64,000 bases of DNA from Burkholderiaceae bacterium (GCA_031538895.1 JAVKLU010000020.1:108-64107); one strand, 5' to 3'; positions 18,858 through 29,907 are shown, counted from the stretch's first letter. Program-made: numbers and translations. The notes: generated from the letters alone by a model not told the origin.

Positions 18858-20792
18858 TTGATGACCTTACCAATATTTTCATCTTATGTCATTCGAGTTT
18901 TATTGACGACGCTCGCCGTGACGGCGGTGAGTACTATCCTAATCAGTCCGACTCACGCCCAAACGCTTGCGCAAAAAAATGCGTTTGAACAAGCACAAAA
19001 GGCTTATCAAGATAAAGATTACGCTAGCGCATTCAGCGCGTTTGTTCGCTTAAGTGAACAAGGAATTCTAGAAGCACAAATCATGCAAAGCGTGATGTAC
19101 AGTAAAGGTGAAGGCGTTGCGCTTGATCAAAAACTGGCCACCGAATTGCTCATAAAACCCGCCAAAGCGGGGCAAGCAGAAGCACAAAACGCATTGGCTT
19201 TTGCTTATTTAATGGGTGAAGGTATCGCGCAAAATAAAGTCGAAGCCGCCGTCTGGTTTGAAAAAGCCGCCATCCAAGGACAAGTGGTCGCACAAGCAAA
19301 ACTCGCGCAAATGTACCAAGAGGGTGATGGCGTGAGCGTCGACAAAAAAAAGGCCCTAAGCTGGTACACGCTATCAGCCCAGCAAGGTTTCGCCCCCGCG
19401 CAATGGAATTTGGGCAATATGCACCGCCAAGGTGACGGCACGTCTAAAAATCCACAAGAAGCGATCAAGTGGTTACAGCAATCCGCCCACCAAGGTTTGC
19501 CTGGCGCACAATTTGCGCTGGCGACAATGCTGGAACTTGGCGAAGGACAAGCGCCCGATTTCAAAGCGGCACGCGCGTGGTATCAAAAAGCGGCTGATCA
19601 AGGTTTTTTGGATGCTAAAGTGAATTTGGCAATACTTGATTTAACCGGTAAAGAAGGTGCAACAATCAAGGACAAAGCTGATCGAAAAAATATTACGCAG
19701 GCTTTAGTTTTGCTGCGTGAAGCCGCCGATCAAGGATTGGCGCGGGCGCAATTGATATTGGGCAATATGTATCGCGATGGTGACGGTGTGGCGAGTGACC
19801 GACAAACCGCTATCGCCTGGTATCAAAAGGCGGCGGATCAAGGCGTCGCGCAAGCACAATTTTATTTAGCCTTGCAATATCAGTTCGCCCCTGCAGGTCA
19901 AAAAGATATTCAAAAAGCGCTGGTGCTTTATCAAAAAGCAGCCGCGCAAGCTTATGCTCAAGCCGAATTTTTACTAGGGGCTTTGTACCAGAGCAACGAG
20001 ATTGGCGCACCCAATATGACGCAGGCGCTGGCTTGGTATCAAAAAGCATCAGCACACCATTCATCTGACGCGTCGAGAATTTTGGGTGAAATTTACGATG
20101 TGGGCAAAGGTGTTCCCATCAACAAAGTCGAAGCCAAGAAATGGTTTTTAATTGCCGCTGAACAAGGCGACGCGTCAGCGAAATTTCGTTTGGCGCAAAT
20201 GTATGAAAACGGTGACGGGATTGCGCTCAATAAAAAGCGCGCCGTGATTTTGTATAAAGCTGCGGCGGAACAAAATCACGCCGAAGCACAATTTAATCTG
20301 GCGTGGATGTATGCACATGGTGAAGGTCGTGATGATGGCAAAGCTGATCTCCCAGCAGCGGCGCGCTGGTATCAGGTTTTAGCCGATCAAGATCCGCCGG
20401 TCAATCAAACGCAGCAAGACACCTTATTCAACAGCTCGAAAAATTTTTTGGGCTTGATGTATTTAAATGGCGAAGGTGTTACCAAAGACTACGCTAAAGC
20501 GCGCGCACTGTTTGAAAAAGCTGCCGAGCGCGAATTTATGGACGCACAATTTAACTTGGCCCAGATCTACGAACTGGGATTGGGCGTTGATAAGGATGTC
20601 ACCAAAGCAGCGCAGTACTACCAGAGCGCGGTCAGAAACGGACATTCACAATCCTATCTGAATTTGGGAAACTTATACGCGCATGGCAATGGCGTCAAAA
20701 AAGACACCCAATTGGCGCGCCGTCTGTATCTCAAAGCCCTGGAGCAAAACGTCACGGGCGCAACAGAGGCCCTACAAAAGCTCACTCAGTAG
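18858..20792 (+). CDS. Sel1-like repeat (SLR/TPR-like) protein
   Basis: Signal peptide followed by more than 12 repeats of the A.WYQKAA.QG...AQ..LG.MY..G.GV..D pattern. Confidence 0.8.
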   Translation: MMTLPIFSSYVIRVLLTTLAVTAVSTILISPTHAQTLAQKNAFEQAQKAYQDKDYASAFSAFVRLSEQGILEAQIMQSVMYSKGEGVALDQKLATELLIKPAKAGQAEAQNALAFAYLMGEGIAQNKVEAAVWFEKAAIQGQVVAQAKLAQMYQEGDGVSVDKKKALSWYTLSAQQGFAPAQWNLGNMHRQGDGTSKNPQEAIKWLQQSAHQGLPGAQFALATMLELGEGQAPDFKAARAWYQKAADQGFLDAKVNLAILDLTGKEGATIKDKADRKNITQALVLLREAADQGLARAQLILGNMYRDGDGVASDRQTAIAWYQKAADQGVAQAQFYLALQYQFAPAGQKDIQKALVLYQKAAAQAYAQAEFLLGALYQSNEIGAPNMTQALAWYQKASAHHSSDASRILGEIYDVGKGVPINKVEAKKWFLIAAEQGDASAKFRLAQMYENGDGIALNKKRAVILYKAAAEQNHAEAQFNLAWMYAHGEGRDDGKADLPAAARWYQVLADQDPPVNQTQQDTLFNSSKNFLGLMYLNGEGVTKDYAKARALFEKAAEREFMDAQFNLAQIYELGLGVDKDVTKAAQYYQSAVRNGHSQSYLNLGNLYAHGNGVKKDTQLARRLYLKALEQNVTGATEALQKLTQ

Positions 20793-20811
20793 ATCGCTTT
20801 TAAAATCACTC

Positions 20812-21432
20812 TTATAAAGTCGAGCACGCGCGCGCCAATTCTGTAATTCGCTTCCAATCAGCGGTTTCAAGCGCCGATTTTGGCGTCAACCACGAACCAC
20901 CCACCACCGCAACATTTGGCAAACGTAAAAACTCCGGCGCGGTGTTGATGTCAATTCCACCAGTTGGACAGAAACGGACATCAGGCAATACCGCGGCTAA
21001 GGCATTCAAGCTACCGATGCCACCGGCTTGCACGGCAGGGAAAAATTTCAAACTGTCACAGCCGGCGCGCACTGCCATAATCGCTTCGGAAGGCGTCATC
21101 ACACCCGGAATAAAAGGAAAGCGATAACGCGCTGCCAGCTCGACCACGGCGGGATCAAAACCTGGCGACAATCCCGCGACCGCTCCCGCATCGCGAACTT
21201 GTTCCAATTGTGCGGGACTCAACACCGTTCCGGCTAACACACAAATCGGTAGTTTTTCACGCACCACACGCGCAATTGCTTCGAGGGCACAAGGATGACG
21301 CAAGGTAATTTCTATCGCATCAACACCACCTTTTAATAAGGCATGGGCCAGTGGTAAAGCTTGTGCTGCGTCCGTTAAGCTGACCACTGGAATGACGCGC
21401 GTTTTAATTTTTAATTGAGCAAATACATTCAT
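20812..21432 (-). CDS. eda: KDPG/KHG aldolase
   Basis: About 206 aa with the Schiff-base lysine context LKFFPA. Immediately downstream of edd. Confidence 0.85.
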   Translation of the reverse strand: MNVFAQLKIKTRVIPVVSLTDAAQALPLAHALLKGGVDAIEITLRHPCALEAIARVVREKLPICVLAGTVLSPAQLEQVRDAGAVAGLSPGFDPAVVELAARYRFPFIPGVMTPSEAIMAVRAGCDSLKFFPAVQAGGIGSLNALAAVLPDVRFCPTGGIDINTAPEFLRLPNVAVVGGSWLTPKSALETADWKRITELARACSTL

Positions 21433-21441
21433 AGTGTTCTT

Positions 21442-23286
21442 TTAAACAAACAATACGCTGGCACCCTCTTCTGCAGTGCCGACTTGTTGACGAAATCCCG
21501 CAAATAATTCGCGACCATAACCGGTAGTTGCCACTGCCGCACGGCGTGCATCCTTGCGCTGCGCCCATTCTGCGGCATCGACTTGCACCGACAATTCGCC
21601 CGTCGTGGCATCCAGAACGATGACATCGCCTTCCATAATTTTTCCAATCGGGCCACCGTCTTGAGTTTCAGGACAGACATGAATCGCGGCGGGGACTTTG
21701 CCCGAAGCTCCCGACAAACGTCCATCAGTCACCAGCGCCACAGAAAAACCTTCGTTTTGTAAATTGCCCAACAGAGGCATCAATTTATGTAATTCGGGCA
21801 TACCATTCGCGCGCGGCCCTTGATAGCGCAACACTGCAATAAAGTGTTCACGCAAACCACCGGCGGCGTAACGTGCCAACATTTCCTCTTGCGAATCAAA
21901 CAGTCGCGCCGGTGCGATCACGCGTTGATGCTGCGCCGCCACTGCCGAGACTTTAATAATGCCGCGACCCAAGTTCCCTTTCAATACGACCAGACCGCCT
22001 TGCGGTGCAAAAGCGTCAATCGGCGCGCGTAGCACCGCGTCATCTGCACTTTTATCAGCGCATGGAGAAAATGCGACGCGGCCATTTTGCAAACTTGGCA
22101 TCAAAGTTTGCGCGTACAAACCAGATTCTTGTGCTGGCATCACCGTCACCACATCAGCATGTAATAAACCCGCATCCAATAAGGCATGAATCAACCATGG
22201 CGTGCCTCCGGCTTGGTGGAACTGATTCACATCCGCAGTACCGTTGGGATAAATTTTGGTCAACAAAGGAATCACCGCCGACAGTGCAGAGAAATCATCC
22301 CAGTTAATCAAAATGCCCGCTGCTCGTGCCACCGCGACCCAATGCAAAGTATGGTTAGTCGAACCGCCTGTTGCCAACAAGGCGATGATGGCGTTGACAA
22401 TACATTTTTCATCGACTATCAAGCCCAAAGCATGCGTAAATTTTGCCCCCTGCTGCAAACGTGCGTCAGACCAATCGATCAATACTTCAGTCGCGCGTTC
22501 GGTCAGTGCTTGACGCAAAGGACCATGCGGCACAAACGCCGCACCGCTTAAATGCAAACCCATCACATCCATCAACAATTGATTGGAATTGGCAGTGCCA
22601 TAAAACGTGCACGTTCCGGCGCCGTGATAGGAGGCTGTTTCGGCGGCTAATAAATCTGTTTTAGTCACGCGCCCTGCGGCAAACTCTTCACGCACTTTGG
22701 CTTTTTCTTTATTGGACAAACCTGATGTCATCGGGCCCGCTGGCACAAAAATCGCCGGTAAATGACCGTATGACAAGGCACCCAATAACAAGCCCGGAAC
22801 AATTTTGTCGCATACACCCAAATACATCATGCCATCAAATACATCGTGCGACGCTCCCACTGCCGTTGACATCGCAATCACATCGCGTGAGAACAAAGAC
22901 AACTCCATCCCCGCACGACCTTGTGTAATGCCATCACACATCGCAGGAACAGCTCCGGCGACTTGCGCGACTGCACCTTTTTTTTGCGCCGCCGCTTTAA
23001 TCAAGGCCGGATAGTGTTCATAGGGTTGATGCGCCGACAACACATCGTTGTAGGCCGTAATGATGCCAATGTTGACCTGTTGTTGGTGCAATAAAATCGT
23101 TTTTTCGCTGGCCGTTGACGCCGCTTGAACATGCGCTAAATTGGCACAGCCCAGTTCATGCCGTGCAACTTTTGGCGCTTGATTTTGTAATCTAATTTTG
23201 GCTAAATAGTCCTGACGGGTTTGGCGACTACGTTCAATAATAGTCTGTGTGACCTGCGCAATAGTGGGGTGTAATGTGTGGGGCAT
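21442..23286 (-). CDS. edd: phosphogluconate dehydratase
   Basis: 614-aa IlvD/Edd family protein with an Edd-type N-terminus (…[17 protein letters not shown]…) and synteny with eda. Confidence 0.9.
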   Translation of the reverse strand: MPHTLHPTIAQVTQTIIERSRQTRQDYLAKIRLQNQAPKVARHELGCANLAHVQAASTASEKTILLHQQQVNIGIITAYNDVLSAHQPYEHYPALIKAAAQKKGAVAQVAGAVPAMCDGITQGRAGMELSLFSRDVIAMSTAVGASHDVFDGMMYLGVCDKIVPGLLLGALSYGHLPAIFVPAGPMTSGLSNKEKAKVREEFAAGRVTKTDLLAAETASYHGAGTCTFYGTANSNQLLMDVMGLHLSGAAFVPHGPLRQALTERATEVLIDWSDARLQQGAKFTHALGLIVDEKCIVNAIIALLATGGSTNHTLHWVAVARAAGILINWDDFSALSAVIPLLTKIYPNGTADVNQFHQAGGTPWLIHALLDAGLLHADVVTVMPAQESGLYAQTLMPSLQNGRVAFSPCADKSADDAVLRAPIDAFAPQGGLVVLKGNLGRGIIKVSAVAAQHQRVIAPARLFDSQEEMLARYAAGGLREHFIAVLRYQGPRANGMPELHKLMPLLGNLQNEGFSVALVTDGRLSGASGKVPAAIHVCPETQDGGPIGKIMEGDVIVLDATTGELSVQVDAAEWAQRKDARRAAVATTGYGRELFAGFRQQVGTAEEGASVLFV

Positions 23287-23338
23287 AAATAAAAAAATCA
23301 GTTAATCAATCACTCAATCACTCAATCACTCAATCTGT

Positions 23339-24064
23339 TTATCTGGCGCTCAGCACAGCATAAAAACGGCGCACAATTAACGCGCTCAATCCCCAAATAT
23401 CCCAATCGCCATAATGCATGGTATAGGTGTGCGAATGGCGTATTGACTTGTCTGAGTTGATTCGAGTCAGTCGGCAATAACGATGGTTTTTCGGATCACA
23501 CAAAAAATCAAACGGAACGGTAAACGCATGATCCACTTCTCGCGCTTGTAACGATAGCACCGGTAATGTCGCTATCGTTGCGACAATCGGTGTGATCAAA
23601 TAACCAGTGTGCGCATAAAGCGTCGACATCATACCTAAAACACTGACCTGCTGGGAATCTAATCCAATTTCCTCATGCGCCTCCCGCAGCGCGGTGGCGA
23701 TTAAAGACGCATCACCAGATTCGACTCGCCCACCGGGAAAACTAATTTGCCCAGCATGGCTGGACAGGCCACGCACACGCATTGTAAACAAGACTTGCTT
23801 TGGAAAAGGCTCGCCAATTAACACTATCAATACCGCAGATTGGCGCGCATCGGGAGTGCAAGTTTGCATCCATCGTGGTTCAACCGCTGTCGATAAATTG
23901 TGCGCTAACAGAACTGCGATCTGTTCGTTAGTCAGCGCGGTCAGCCCGTTCGGCCGTTTGCACAAAGAAGCTAAGACAGGGGCTGCGAAAGCGGGTGAGC
24001 GTCGCAAAGTCAGCTTTGGGGTGTTAACTTCTTCCTGATGATTTGTCATAAGCCATACAGTCAA
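23339..24064 (-). CDS. NUDIX hydrolase, CoA pyrophosphatase-like
   Basis: Nudix box GGRVESGDASLIATALREAHEEIGL, preceded by the SHAGQISFPGG motif typical of the CoA pyrophosphatase subgroup. Confidence 0.75.
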   Translation of the reverse strand: MTVWLMTNHQEEVNTPKLTLRRSPAFAAPVLASLCKRPNGLTALTNEQIAVLLAHNLSTAVEPRWMQTCTPDARQSAVLIVLIGEPFPKQVLFTMRVRGLSSHAGQISFPGGRVESGDASLIATALREAHEEIGLDSQQVSVLGMMSTLYAHTGYLITPIVATIATLPVLSLQAREVDHAFTVPFDFLCDPKNHRYCRLTRINSDKSIRHSHTYTMHYGDWDIWGLSALIVRRFYAVLSAR

Positions 24065-24114
24065 ACGCCGTCAAACGCCGTCAAACACAATCAAAATTTA
24101 GCGCGCATAAAAGC

Positions 24115-24155
24115 ACAAAAAACCGCACAATCTGCGATGATTGAGCGGTTTTTAT
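24115..24155 (-). terminator. rho-independent terminator downstream of rplS
   Basis: The minus strand reads AAAACCGC-tCAATCatcgcaGATTGt-GCGGTTTTTT. This is a GC stem with an internal extension followed by a T-run. Confidence 0.55.
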
Positions 24156-24221
24156 GAGCTTTGAAAACACTACCAAGTAACGCGAACACTCGCGATAAAA
24201 GGTACCTGCAAAGCGCAAAAA

Positions 24222-24590
24222 TTAAGCGACTTTTTTAAATACCAGTTTTTCTTTAATACGCGCAGATTTACCCGAACGTTGGCGTAAGTAATACAGCTTG
24301 GCACGACGCACATCAGCACGGCGCTTTACTTCGATCGAAGCGATCAGCGGTGAATACAATTGAAACGTACGTTCAACGCCTTCACCTGAAGAAATTTTAC
24401 GCACGATAAAATTGGAGTTGAAGCCACGATTACGTTTGGCGATGACAACGCCTTCGTAACCCTGAACACGTTTACGTGTCCCTTCAACAACGTTTACGCT
24501 AACCAATACGGTATCGCCAGGTCCAAAAACAGGAATTACTTTTCCTGATTTTTGAATTTCTTCTTGACTAAGTTGATCAATGAGATTCAT
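24222..24590 (-). CDS. rplS: 50S ribosomal protein L19
   Basis: [12 protein letters not shown]...VFGPGDTV...[13 protein letters not shown]. Last gene of the conserved rpsP-rimM-trmD-rplS operon. Confidence 0.95.
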   Translation of the reverse strand: MNLIDQLSQEEIQKSGKVIPVFGPGDTVLVSVNVVEGTRKRVQGYEGVVIAKRNRGFNSNFIVRKISSGEGVERTFQLYSPLIASIEVKRRADVRRAKLYYLRQRSGKSARIKEKLVFKKVA

Positions 24591-24688
24591 AACAATTGAA
24601 TAAAAAAATAAAACACTGCTTAAAAAACTGAATTCAAACTCGCAGCACACAAGCGCTGCCGATTACACCGCAACCATTCATACCCCAT

Positions 24689-24762
24689 CTACCCCACCAT
24701 ACCCAAACTCTACCCCACCATACCCAAACTCTACCCCACCATACCCAAACTCTACCCCACCT
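24689..24762. repeat. 3.5 copies of a 21-bp tandem repeat (CTACCCCACCATACCCAAACT)
   Basis: Three perfect units at 24689-24709, 24710-24730 and 24731-24751, plus a partial unit running into the trmD stop codon. G-rich on the transcribed (minus) strand. Confidence 0.8.
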
Positions 24763-25513
24763 ACTGCCAGCCTAAACTGACCAAATATTGCTGATCGTTA
24801 CTATCTAACAAACCGTTTTTATAAGCGCTATCAATTAAATCGCGACGCTTGTCCAATGTATTCTTGAGCGCAGCTTGACGTCGCCAAGTCACAATTTTTG
24901 CATGATCGCCGTTCATCAACACATCAGGGACTTCACTCCCAGCAAAACTGGGTGGACGTGTGTAATGGGGACAATCAAAAATACCCGCTTCAAAACTGTC
25001 TTGTGCGGCTGAATCCTTATCGCCAAGCGCACCGGGAATCCGACGAATCAGCGCATCCATCAAACACATCGCCGGTAACTCACCGCCAGACATCACAAAA
25101 TCGCCCACGCTAATTTCACTATCGATCACCTTATCCAACACACGCTGATCAATGGCTTCATAACGCCCGCACACTAAAATTAAACCTAAGTAGCCCCCCA
25201 GTGACGCCACCAAAGATTGCGTCAGCGGCTGACCTTGCGGTGACAAACAGATCACATGCGGTGTTATTTCTAGCGCTAACTGCGCACTCTTTGCTGCGCT
25301 AATCGCGGCGGTGAGCGGCTCTGCCATCATCACCATCCCTGGCCCACCGCCATACGGGCGATCATCTACCGTACGTCTTGCATCTTGCGTAAAGTCACGC
25401 GGATTCCACGCATTAAAACTGTATAACTGATTTTGTAAAGCTCTTGCACTGATACCCTGCGAGGTCAGCGTCTGAAACATTTCAGGAAACAAGCTTACTG
25501 CATCAAATCTCAT
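24761..25513 (-). CDS. trmD: tRNA (guanine37-N1)-methyltransferase
   Basis: MRFDAVSLFPEMF... and a SPOUT-type C-terminal region. Operon context. Confidence 0.95.
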   Translation of the reverse strand: MRFDAVSLFPEMFQTLTSQGISARALQNQLYSFNAWNPRDFTQDARRTVDDRPYGGGPGMVMMAEPLTAAISAAKSAQLALEITPHVICLSPQGQPLTQSLVASLGGYLGLILVCGRYEAIDQRVLDKVIDSEISVGDFVMSGGELPAMCLMDALIRRIPGALGDKDSAAQDSFEAGIFDCPHYTRPPSFAGSEVPDVLMNGDHAKIVTWRRQAALKNTLDKRRDLIDSAYKNGLLDSNDQQYLVSLGWQ

Positions 25514-25567
25514 GCTTCCAAAAATTCCATGTTTTCAAAACGCTCATGCTCAATCAGTCACGCTCAA

Positions 25568-26182
25568 TCAGTCATAAACCCAATCCACTACAATTTTTCG
25601 CGCCTCAAGATCAACTGATAGAACAATTTGCGACACAAAAGGAATTAATTCTTCTGTATGACGCACCGACTGATCATCTTCGATTTGCGTCTTTTTAATG
25701 CACATTACCGACTGCGCAGAGTTTTCGATAAAGCTCGTCAACACACCAATTTTGTGGGTAGAACTGAATACTTCGAAACCCAGCAAATCAATTTGATAAA
25801 ACTCGTTTGGGGGTAGCGTAGGAAACACCCCTCGCTCTAACTGTATTTCGCACCCTTTTAAGGCTTCCGCTTGTTCCCGATTGTCTATCCCGACACATTC
25901 AAGCATGAGCGTTTTACCCTGCCAAAAAAACTTTTTAACAGGAACTTCAAGCCCAACAATCGCATCAATTTTGGTCGCCATTCGGGCGGCCAATCGAATA
26001 TCGGGTTGCGGCGCCACCAAAATAATTTTAGCGACTGCCGTGAGTACGGTATCCAATCCAGAGTAGGGCATCACTCTCAGAGTCCCCGAAACACCGCGCG
26101 CACCCAGAACTCTGCCGACTTTTCCTATGCTAGCTACGTTCCCAGCGCTATCTACACTATCTACGGATAAATGCTCAATCAA
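25568..26182 (-). CDS. rimM: 16S rRNA processing protein RimM
   Basis: Lies between rpsP and trmD. RimM-like GKVGRVLGARGVSGTLRV and a PRC-barrel C-terminus. The exact start is uncertain. Confidence 0.85.
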   Translation of the reverse strand: MIEHLSVDSVDSAGNVASIGKVGRVLGARGVSGTLRVMPYSGLDTVLTAVAKIILVAPQPDIRLAARMATKIDAIVGLEVPVKKFFWQGKTLMLECVGIDNREQAEALKGCEIQLERGVFPTLPPNEFYQIDLLGFEVFSSTHKIGVLTSFIENSAQSVMCIKKTQIEDDQSVRHTEELIPFVSQIVLSVDLEARKIVVDWVYD

Positions 26183-26191
26183 AACGCGATA

Positions 26192-26434
26192 TTAAGAAGC
26201 GTATTGTTTCACTAAACGGGCCACCGTATCAGAACATTGCGCACCATTACTCGTCCAATGCGCTAAGCGATCAGCAGCAACCCGAAATGCTTGATCGGCG
26301 CCAGCGTGACAAGGATTATAAAAACCTAATTTTTCAATAAAACGACCATCACGACGATTGCGTGAATCAGTCACCACAATAGTGAAAAAAGGGCGTTTTT
26401 TGGCGCCGCCACGAGTCAGTCTAATTACAACCAT
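26192..26434 (-). CDS. rpsP: 30S ribosomal protein S16
   Basis: [37 protein letters not shown]. Confidence 0.95.
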   Translation of the reverse strand: MVVIRLTRGGAKKRPFFTIVVTDSRNRRDGRFIEKLGFYNPCHAGADQAFRVAADRLAHWTSNGAQCSDTVARLVKQYAS

Positions 26435-26588
26435 AATAATTTTTACAAAACTTAAAAAAGAGCGATTCTAACCGAGCTTGTCAATAAGGACAATTGATTG
26501 CCTAACAAATAAGTCAATCGCCCCAAAAGCACCCGTTTTCGGGACGATTTTCAAGTGGTCAAAGCATTGGTGAAAACACCGGTCAAAA

Positions 26589-27116
26589 TTATTTCGCCGC
26601 GTTTTTAACGCCGTCCATAATTTCTTTTTCAGCCGCAGCCAAACCTTCCCAGCCCTCCACTTTGACCCATTTTCCGGGTTCCAAATCTTTGTAATGTTCA
26701 AAAAAATGTTTGATTTGATCCAAAATCAGTGCGGGAAAATCTTCAGGTTTTTGTACGGCTTTATATAAAGGACTTAATTTTTCGTGCGGCACGGCCAAAA
26801 TTTTGGCATCCTGACCACCTTCATCGGTCATCCGTAACAAGCCAATCGGACGGCAACGAATCACGCTACCAGGGGGCAAAGGATAGGGCGACATCACCAA
26901 TACATCAACAGGATCACCATCACCGGCCACCGTGTGCGGGATAAATCCGTAATTTTGCGGGTAATGCATCGCAGTACCCATAAAGCGATCGACAAACACC
27001 GCGCCCGAATCTTTATCAATTTCATATTTCACGGGATCGCTATCGCGCGAAATTTCAATAATGACGTTAATGTCGCGCGGTAAATCGCGTCCGGCTGAAA
27101 TTTTATCTATATTCAT
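26589..27116 (-). CDS. ppa: inorganic pyrophosphatase (family I)
   Basis: 175 aa with EI..DS..KYE.D and DGDP.DVLV motifs. Confidence 0.95.
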   Translation of the reverse strand: MNIDKISAGRDLPRDINVIIEISRDSDPVKYEIDKDSGAVFVDRFMGTAMHYPQNYGFIPHTVAGDGDPVDVLVMSPYPLPPGSVIRCRPIGLLRMTDEGGQDAKILAVPHEKLSPLYKAVQKPEDFPALILDQIKHFFEHYKDLEPGKWVKVEGWEGLAAAEKEIMDGVKNAAK

Positions 27117-27363
27117 AGGATTAAAAAAGTAAAAAGAAGAGGATAAATTGATCTTATAACATGATTACATCAGCAGATTACCCGAACATGATTACGTTTT
27201 GCCAACGTACACGCATTTAGCTACACAGTCGGATACGCAGTCTGACCAAACGCCCCCTTATCAAGATAGAATTCAATCCCATCCTGAGACCGCGCGACCC
27301 AAAAAATAAATCTAGGGAGTAAAGTGCTGATAATCCGATCATTATATTTTTATCACACGGTCA

Positions 27364-28218
27364 ATGCGTATGAATATCGGTAAAAGCGCGGGTCAAAACA
27401 GGAGCAGTATTTTGGTCATGGATTCAGGCGTGGGAGGACTATCGATTTTGCGGCATTTACTGCCGCACTACCCCCATCACGCTTTGCATTATTTTGCCGA
27501 CTCCGCGCACGCACCTTATGGTGACAAAACCGATCAATGGGTCTGTGCACGCGTGTTAGATATTGTCGAGAATCACCATCCTCAAAATCTCGCTGCTCTG
27601 GTATTAGCCAGTAGCACACTAACCGCCGCCGCCGCCAATAATTTGCGCACACGCTATCCCACGCTTCCTATTGTGGGGGTTGAACCGGGATTAAAGCCCG
27701 CGCTTGCCGCCACGCGTAAGCATCGTATCGGGGTTTTGGCAACGCGTTTGACGGTCAATAGCGACAAATTTTTAAACTTGCTCTCACACCTCAAAACCAG
27801 CGAACCACATACCCAATGGGTGATACAAGCCTGCCCGGGCTTGGTCGAGCAAATTGAAAAAGTCGACTGGGACTATCCCAAAATACGTGCGCTGATCGAA
27901 CATTATTGCCAGCCCTTGCGCGAACAATCTGTTGATACGGTCGTGTTGGGTTGCACACACTACCCTTTTGTTGCCGATATGATTGGCGACGCATTAACGC
28001 CATCAGTCACGATTATTGATATTGGGCAAGCCGTTGCTGCGCAAGTCCAGCGCCTAGTGTCACACCATTATTTTGATTCACACCGCACTTATTTTGACTC
28101 AAACCACACTACAGCTCCCGTGACGGTGAGCACCTCTGGCGATGCGCAAGCCTTTGCCAATTTGTTTGAACGTTTATTGAACACCCCCGCCTCAGTGACG
28201 CAATGGGTAGATAGGTAA
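27364..28218 (+). CDS. murI: glutamate racemase
   Basis: [10 protein letters not shown] and GCTHYPF catalytic Cys motifs. Confidence 0.85.
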   Translation: MRMNIGKSAGQNRSSILVMDSGVGGLSILRHLLPHYPHHALHYFADSAHAPYGDKTDQWVCARVLDIVENHHPQNLAALVLASSTLTAAAANNLRTRYPTLPIVGVEPGLKPALAATRKHRIGVLATRLTVNSDKFLNLLSHLKTSEPHTQWVIQACPGLVEQIEKVDWDYPKIRALIEHYCQPLREQSVDTVVLGCTHYPFVADMIGDALTPSVTIIDIGQAVAAQVQRLVSHHYFDSHRTYFDSNHTTAPVTVSTSGDAQAFANLFERLLNTPASVTQWVDR

Positions 28219-28277
28219 ACAGCTCAACCGTCCATTCAGTCAAGTTTGAATTTTTCCCTTCCCATTTTACTTTTATC

Positions 28278-29099
28278 ATGAATTTTTCATCCCGATTAGA
28301 ACACGCATGGACACAACAAAACTCTTTACTGTGCGTCGGCTTGGATCCTGACCTGGCGCAGATGCCGGCGCATTTACATCATCATGATGCGTGCACTCAA
28401 ATCGATTTTTTTTGCCGTGACATGATTGATGCTTGCGCGCCGTATGTTTGCGCATTCAAACCGCAAATCGCCTATTTCGCCAGCGTTCACGCCGAATCGA
28501 TTTTAGAAAAATTATGTCACTACATCAAGCAGCGCTATCCACACATCGCCTTGATTCTGGACGCCAAACGTGGTGATATTGGCAGCACTGCGACGCATTA
28601 CGCGCGCGAAGCATTTGAGCGCTATCACGCCGACGCAGTAACTTTAAATCCCTACATGGGCTTGGACAGCATTGCGCCGTTTTTGCAGTACGCTGATAAA
28701 GGCGTATTTTTGTTGTGCCGCACGTCTAACCCGGGCGGCACGGATATTCAAGGATTACGTTTAGAAAATGGACGCCTGCTGTATGAACACCTCGCACACA
28801 CGATTGCACAGGTTTGGGATACGAACCATCAATGTGGTGTAGTGGTTGGTGCAACCTTTCCAGAAGAACTCGCACGCGTTCGTGCATTAGCGCCAAACCT
28901 ACCGATTCTGGCGCCTGGTGTCGGCGCACAGGGCGGCGACATCGCCGCGACGGTTGCCGCAGCTTGCGATAGCAAAGGTTTAGGATTGATCATCAATTCA
29001 TCCCGCGCGATTTTGTACGCCAACAGTGGCACTGATTTCGCGCGCGCCGCTGCCAGCGCGGCTCAAACTAGCCGCGACGCGATCAATGTTTGTAGATGA
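28278..29099 (+). CDS. pyrF: orotidine-5'-phosphate decarboxylase (type 2)
   Basis: LCVGLDPD..., [11 protein letters not shown], about 273 aa, long-form PyrF. Confidence 0.85.
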   Translation: MNFSSRLEHAWTQQNSLLCVGLDPDLAQMPAHLHHHDACTQIDFFCRDMIDACAPYVCAFKPQIAYFASVHAESILEKLCHYIKQRYPHIALILDAKRGDIGSTATHYAREAFERYHADAVTLNPYMGLDSIAPFLQYADKGVFLLCRTSNPGGTDIQGLRLENGRLLYEHLAHTIAQVWDTNHQCGVVVGATFPEELARVRALAPNLPILAPGVGAQGGDIAATVAAACDSKGLGLIINSSRAILYANSGTDFARAAASAAQTSRDAINVCR

Positions 29100-29216
29100 T
29101 GCCGCTTCGCAAGGTGCTATTCCAAAAATCCGCTCCCTTATGTGAGAAAAAACGTCAGAAAAAATATCTCCATAATTGCCTTTTCAAGGTAGATAATCAT
29201 CTATACAATTCAAACC

Positions 29217-29447
29217 ATGAACTCAAAACTGACATGGCACGAACCAAAGAGACAAGCGGCGTTAGCTGAGCGTGGTCTTGACTTTGCTGATGCCAACCAG
29301 ATTTTTGCCAGCGCGACGTTTGAGTATGAGGATACGCGAGAAAACTATGGCGAAAAACGCATGATTTGTTTTGGCTACCTGTACGGTCGTTTGACAGTGC
29401 TTGGTTATGTTCAACGTGACGATGATCGTCATATTTTTTCAACGTGA
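29217..29447 (+). pseudogene. brnT: BrnT-family (DUF497) toxin, C-terminally truncated by a tandem duplication
   Basis: WHEPKRQAALAERGLDFADA..IF......EDTRENYGEKR is BrnT-like. The conserved C-terminal R.I.S.RKA motif (RHIFSMRKANERE) is only readable in a different frame after a 28-bp duplication. Confidence 0.65.
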
Positions 29448-29466
29448 CGATGGTCGTCACATTTTC
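29411..29466 (+). repeat. 28-bp imperfect tandem duplication inside brnT
   Basis: tcaacgtgacgatgatcgtcatattttt / tcaacgtgacgatggtcgtcacattttc, 25 of 28 identical. 28 is not a multiple of 3, so it causes a frameshift and a TGA at 29445-29447. Confidence 0.85.
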
Positions 29467-29482
29467 TCAATGAGGAAAGCAA

Positions 29483-29839
29483 ATGAACGCGAACAATCAA
29501 AATTTGGGTAGTGATATGGCAAGAGTGGATGCACACGAGATTGCCCCGCAAGAGTACGACGTGCTTCCCGAACTGACGCAAGCCGACCTTGCTCGCGGGG
29601 TTTGGAAGGTTGCGGGTAAAGAGGTAACGCCAGCAGAGGGCAAAGCGGCTTTTCGTTCGGCACTGAAAAAGCAAAAAATCAACATCACCCTTGACCCCGA
29701 CGTGCTGGGTTGGTATCGCTCGCAGGCTGGCGGTCGTGGCTATCAAACGCTGATCAACGCCACGCTTCGAGAGGCCATGACGACCCACACGATAGAGGAC
29801 ACTGTGCGGCGCGTTATCCGCGAGGAACTACACCGCTAA
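29483..29839 (+). CDS. brnA: BrnA-family antitoxin
   Basis: 118 aa directly downstream of brnT. The C-terminal block KQKINITLDPDVLGWYRSQAGGRGYQTLINATLREAM matches the BrnA/DUF4415-type pattern. Confidence 0.7.
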   Translation: MNANNQNLGSDMARVDAHEIAPQEYDVLPELTQADLARGVWKVAGKEVTPAEGKAAFRSALKKQKINITLDPDVLGWYRSQAGGRGYQTLINATLREAMTTHTIEDTVRRVIREELHR

Positions 29840-29890
29840 ATTTGCCCCCGCCCCGCCTCTGCCCCCTCCCCGCCCTGCGGGCAACCCAAA

Positions 29891-29903
29891 GCGGCTACGC
29901 CGC
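29891..29903 (-). promoter_or_regulatory. short GC hairpin 3' of VR2 (candidate DGR target-recognition hairpin)
   Basis: GCGGC-TAC-GCCGC, located 5 nt beyond the stop codon of target 2. An analogous hairpin sits in the same position after VR1. Confidence 0.5.
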
Positions 29904-29907
29904 CCAA

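Noticed and set aside
29190-29203. Palindrome TAGAT-AATC-ATCTA just upstream of brnT, as a possible BrnA operator or promoter element.
   Set aside because: It is plausible but only 5-bp arms in AT-rich DNA. I could not place convincing -35 and -10 boxes around it, so it is too weak to call as a feature.
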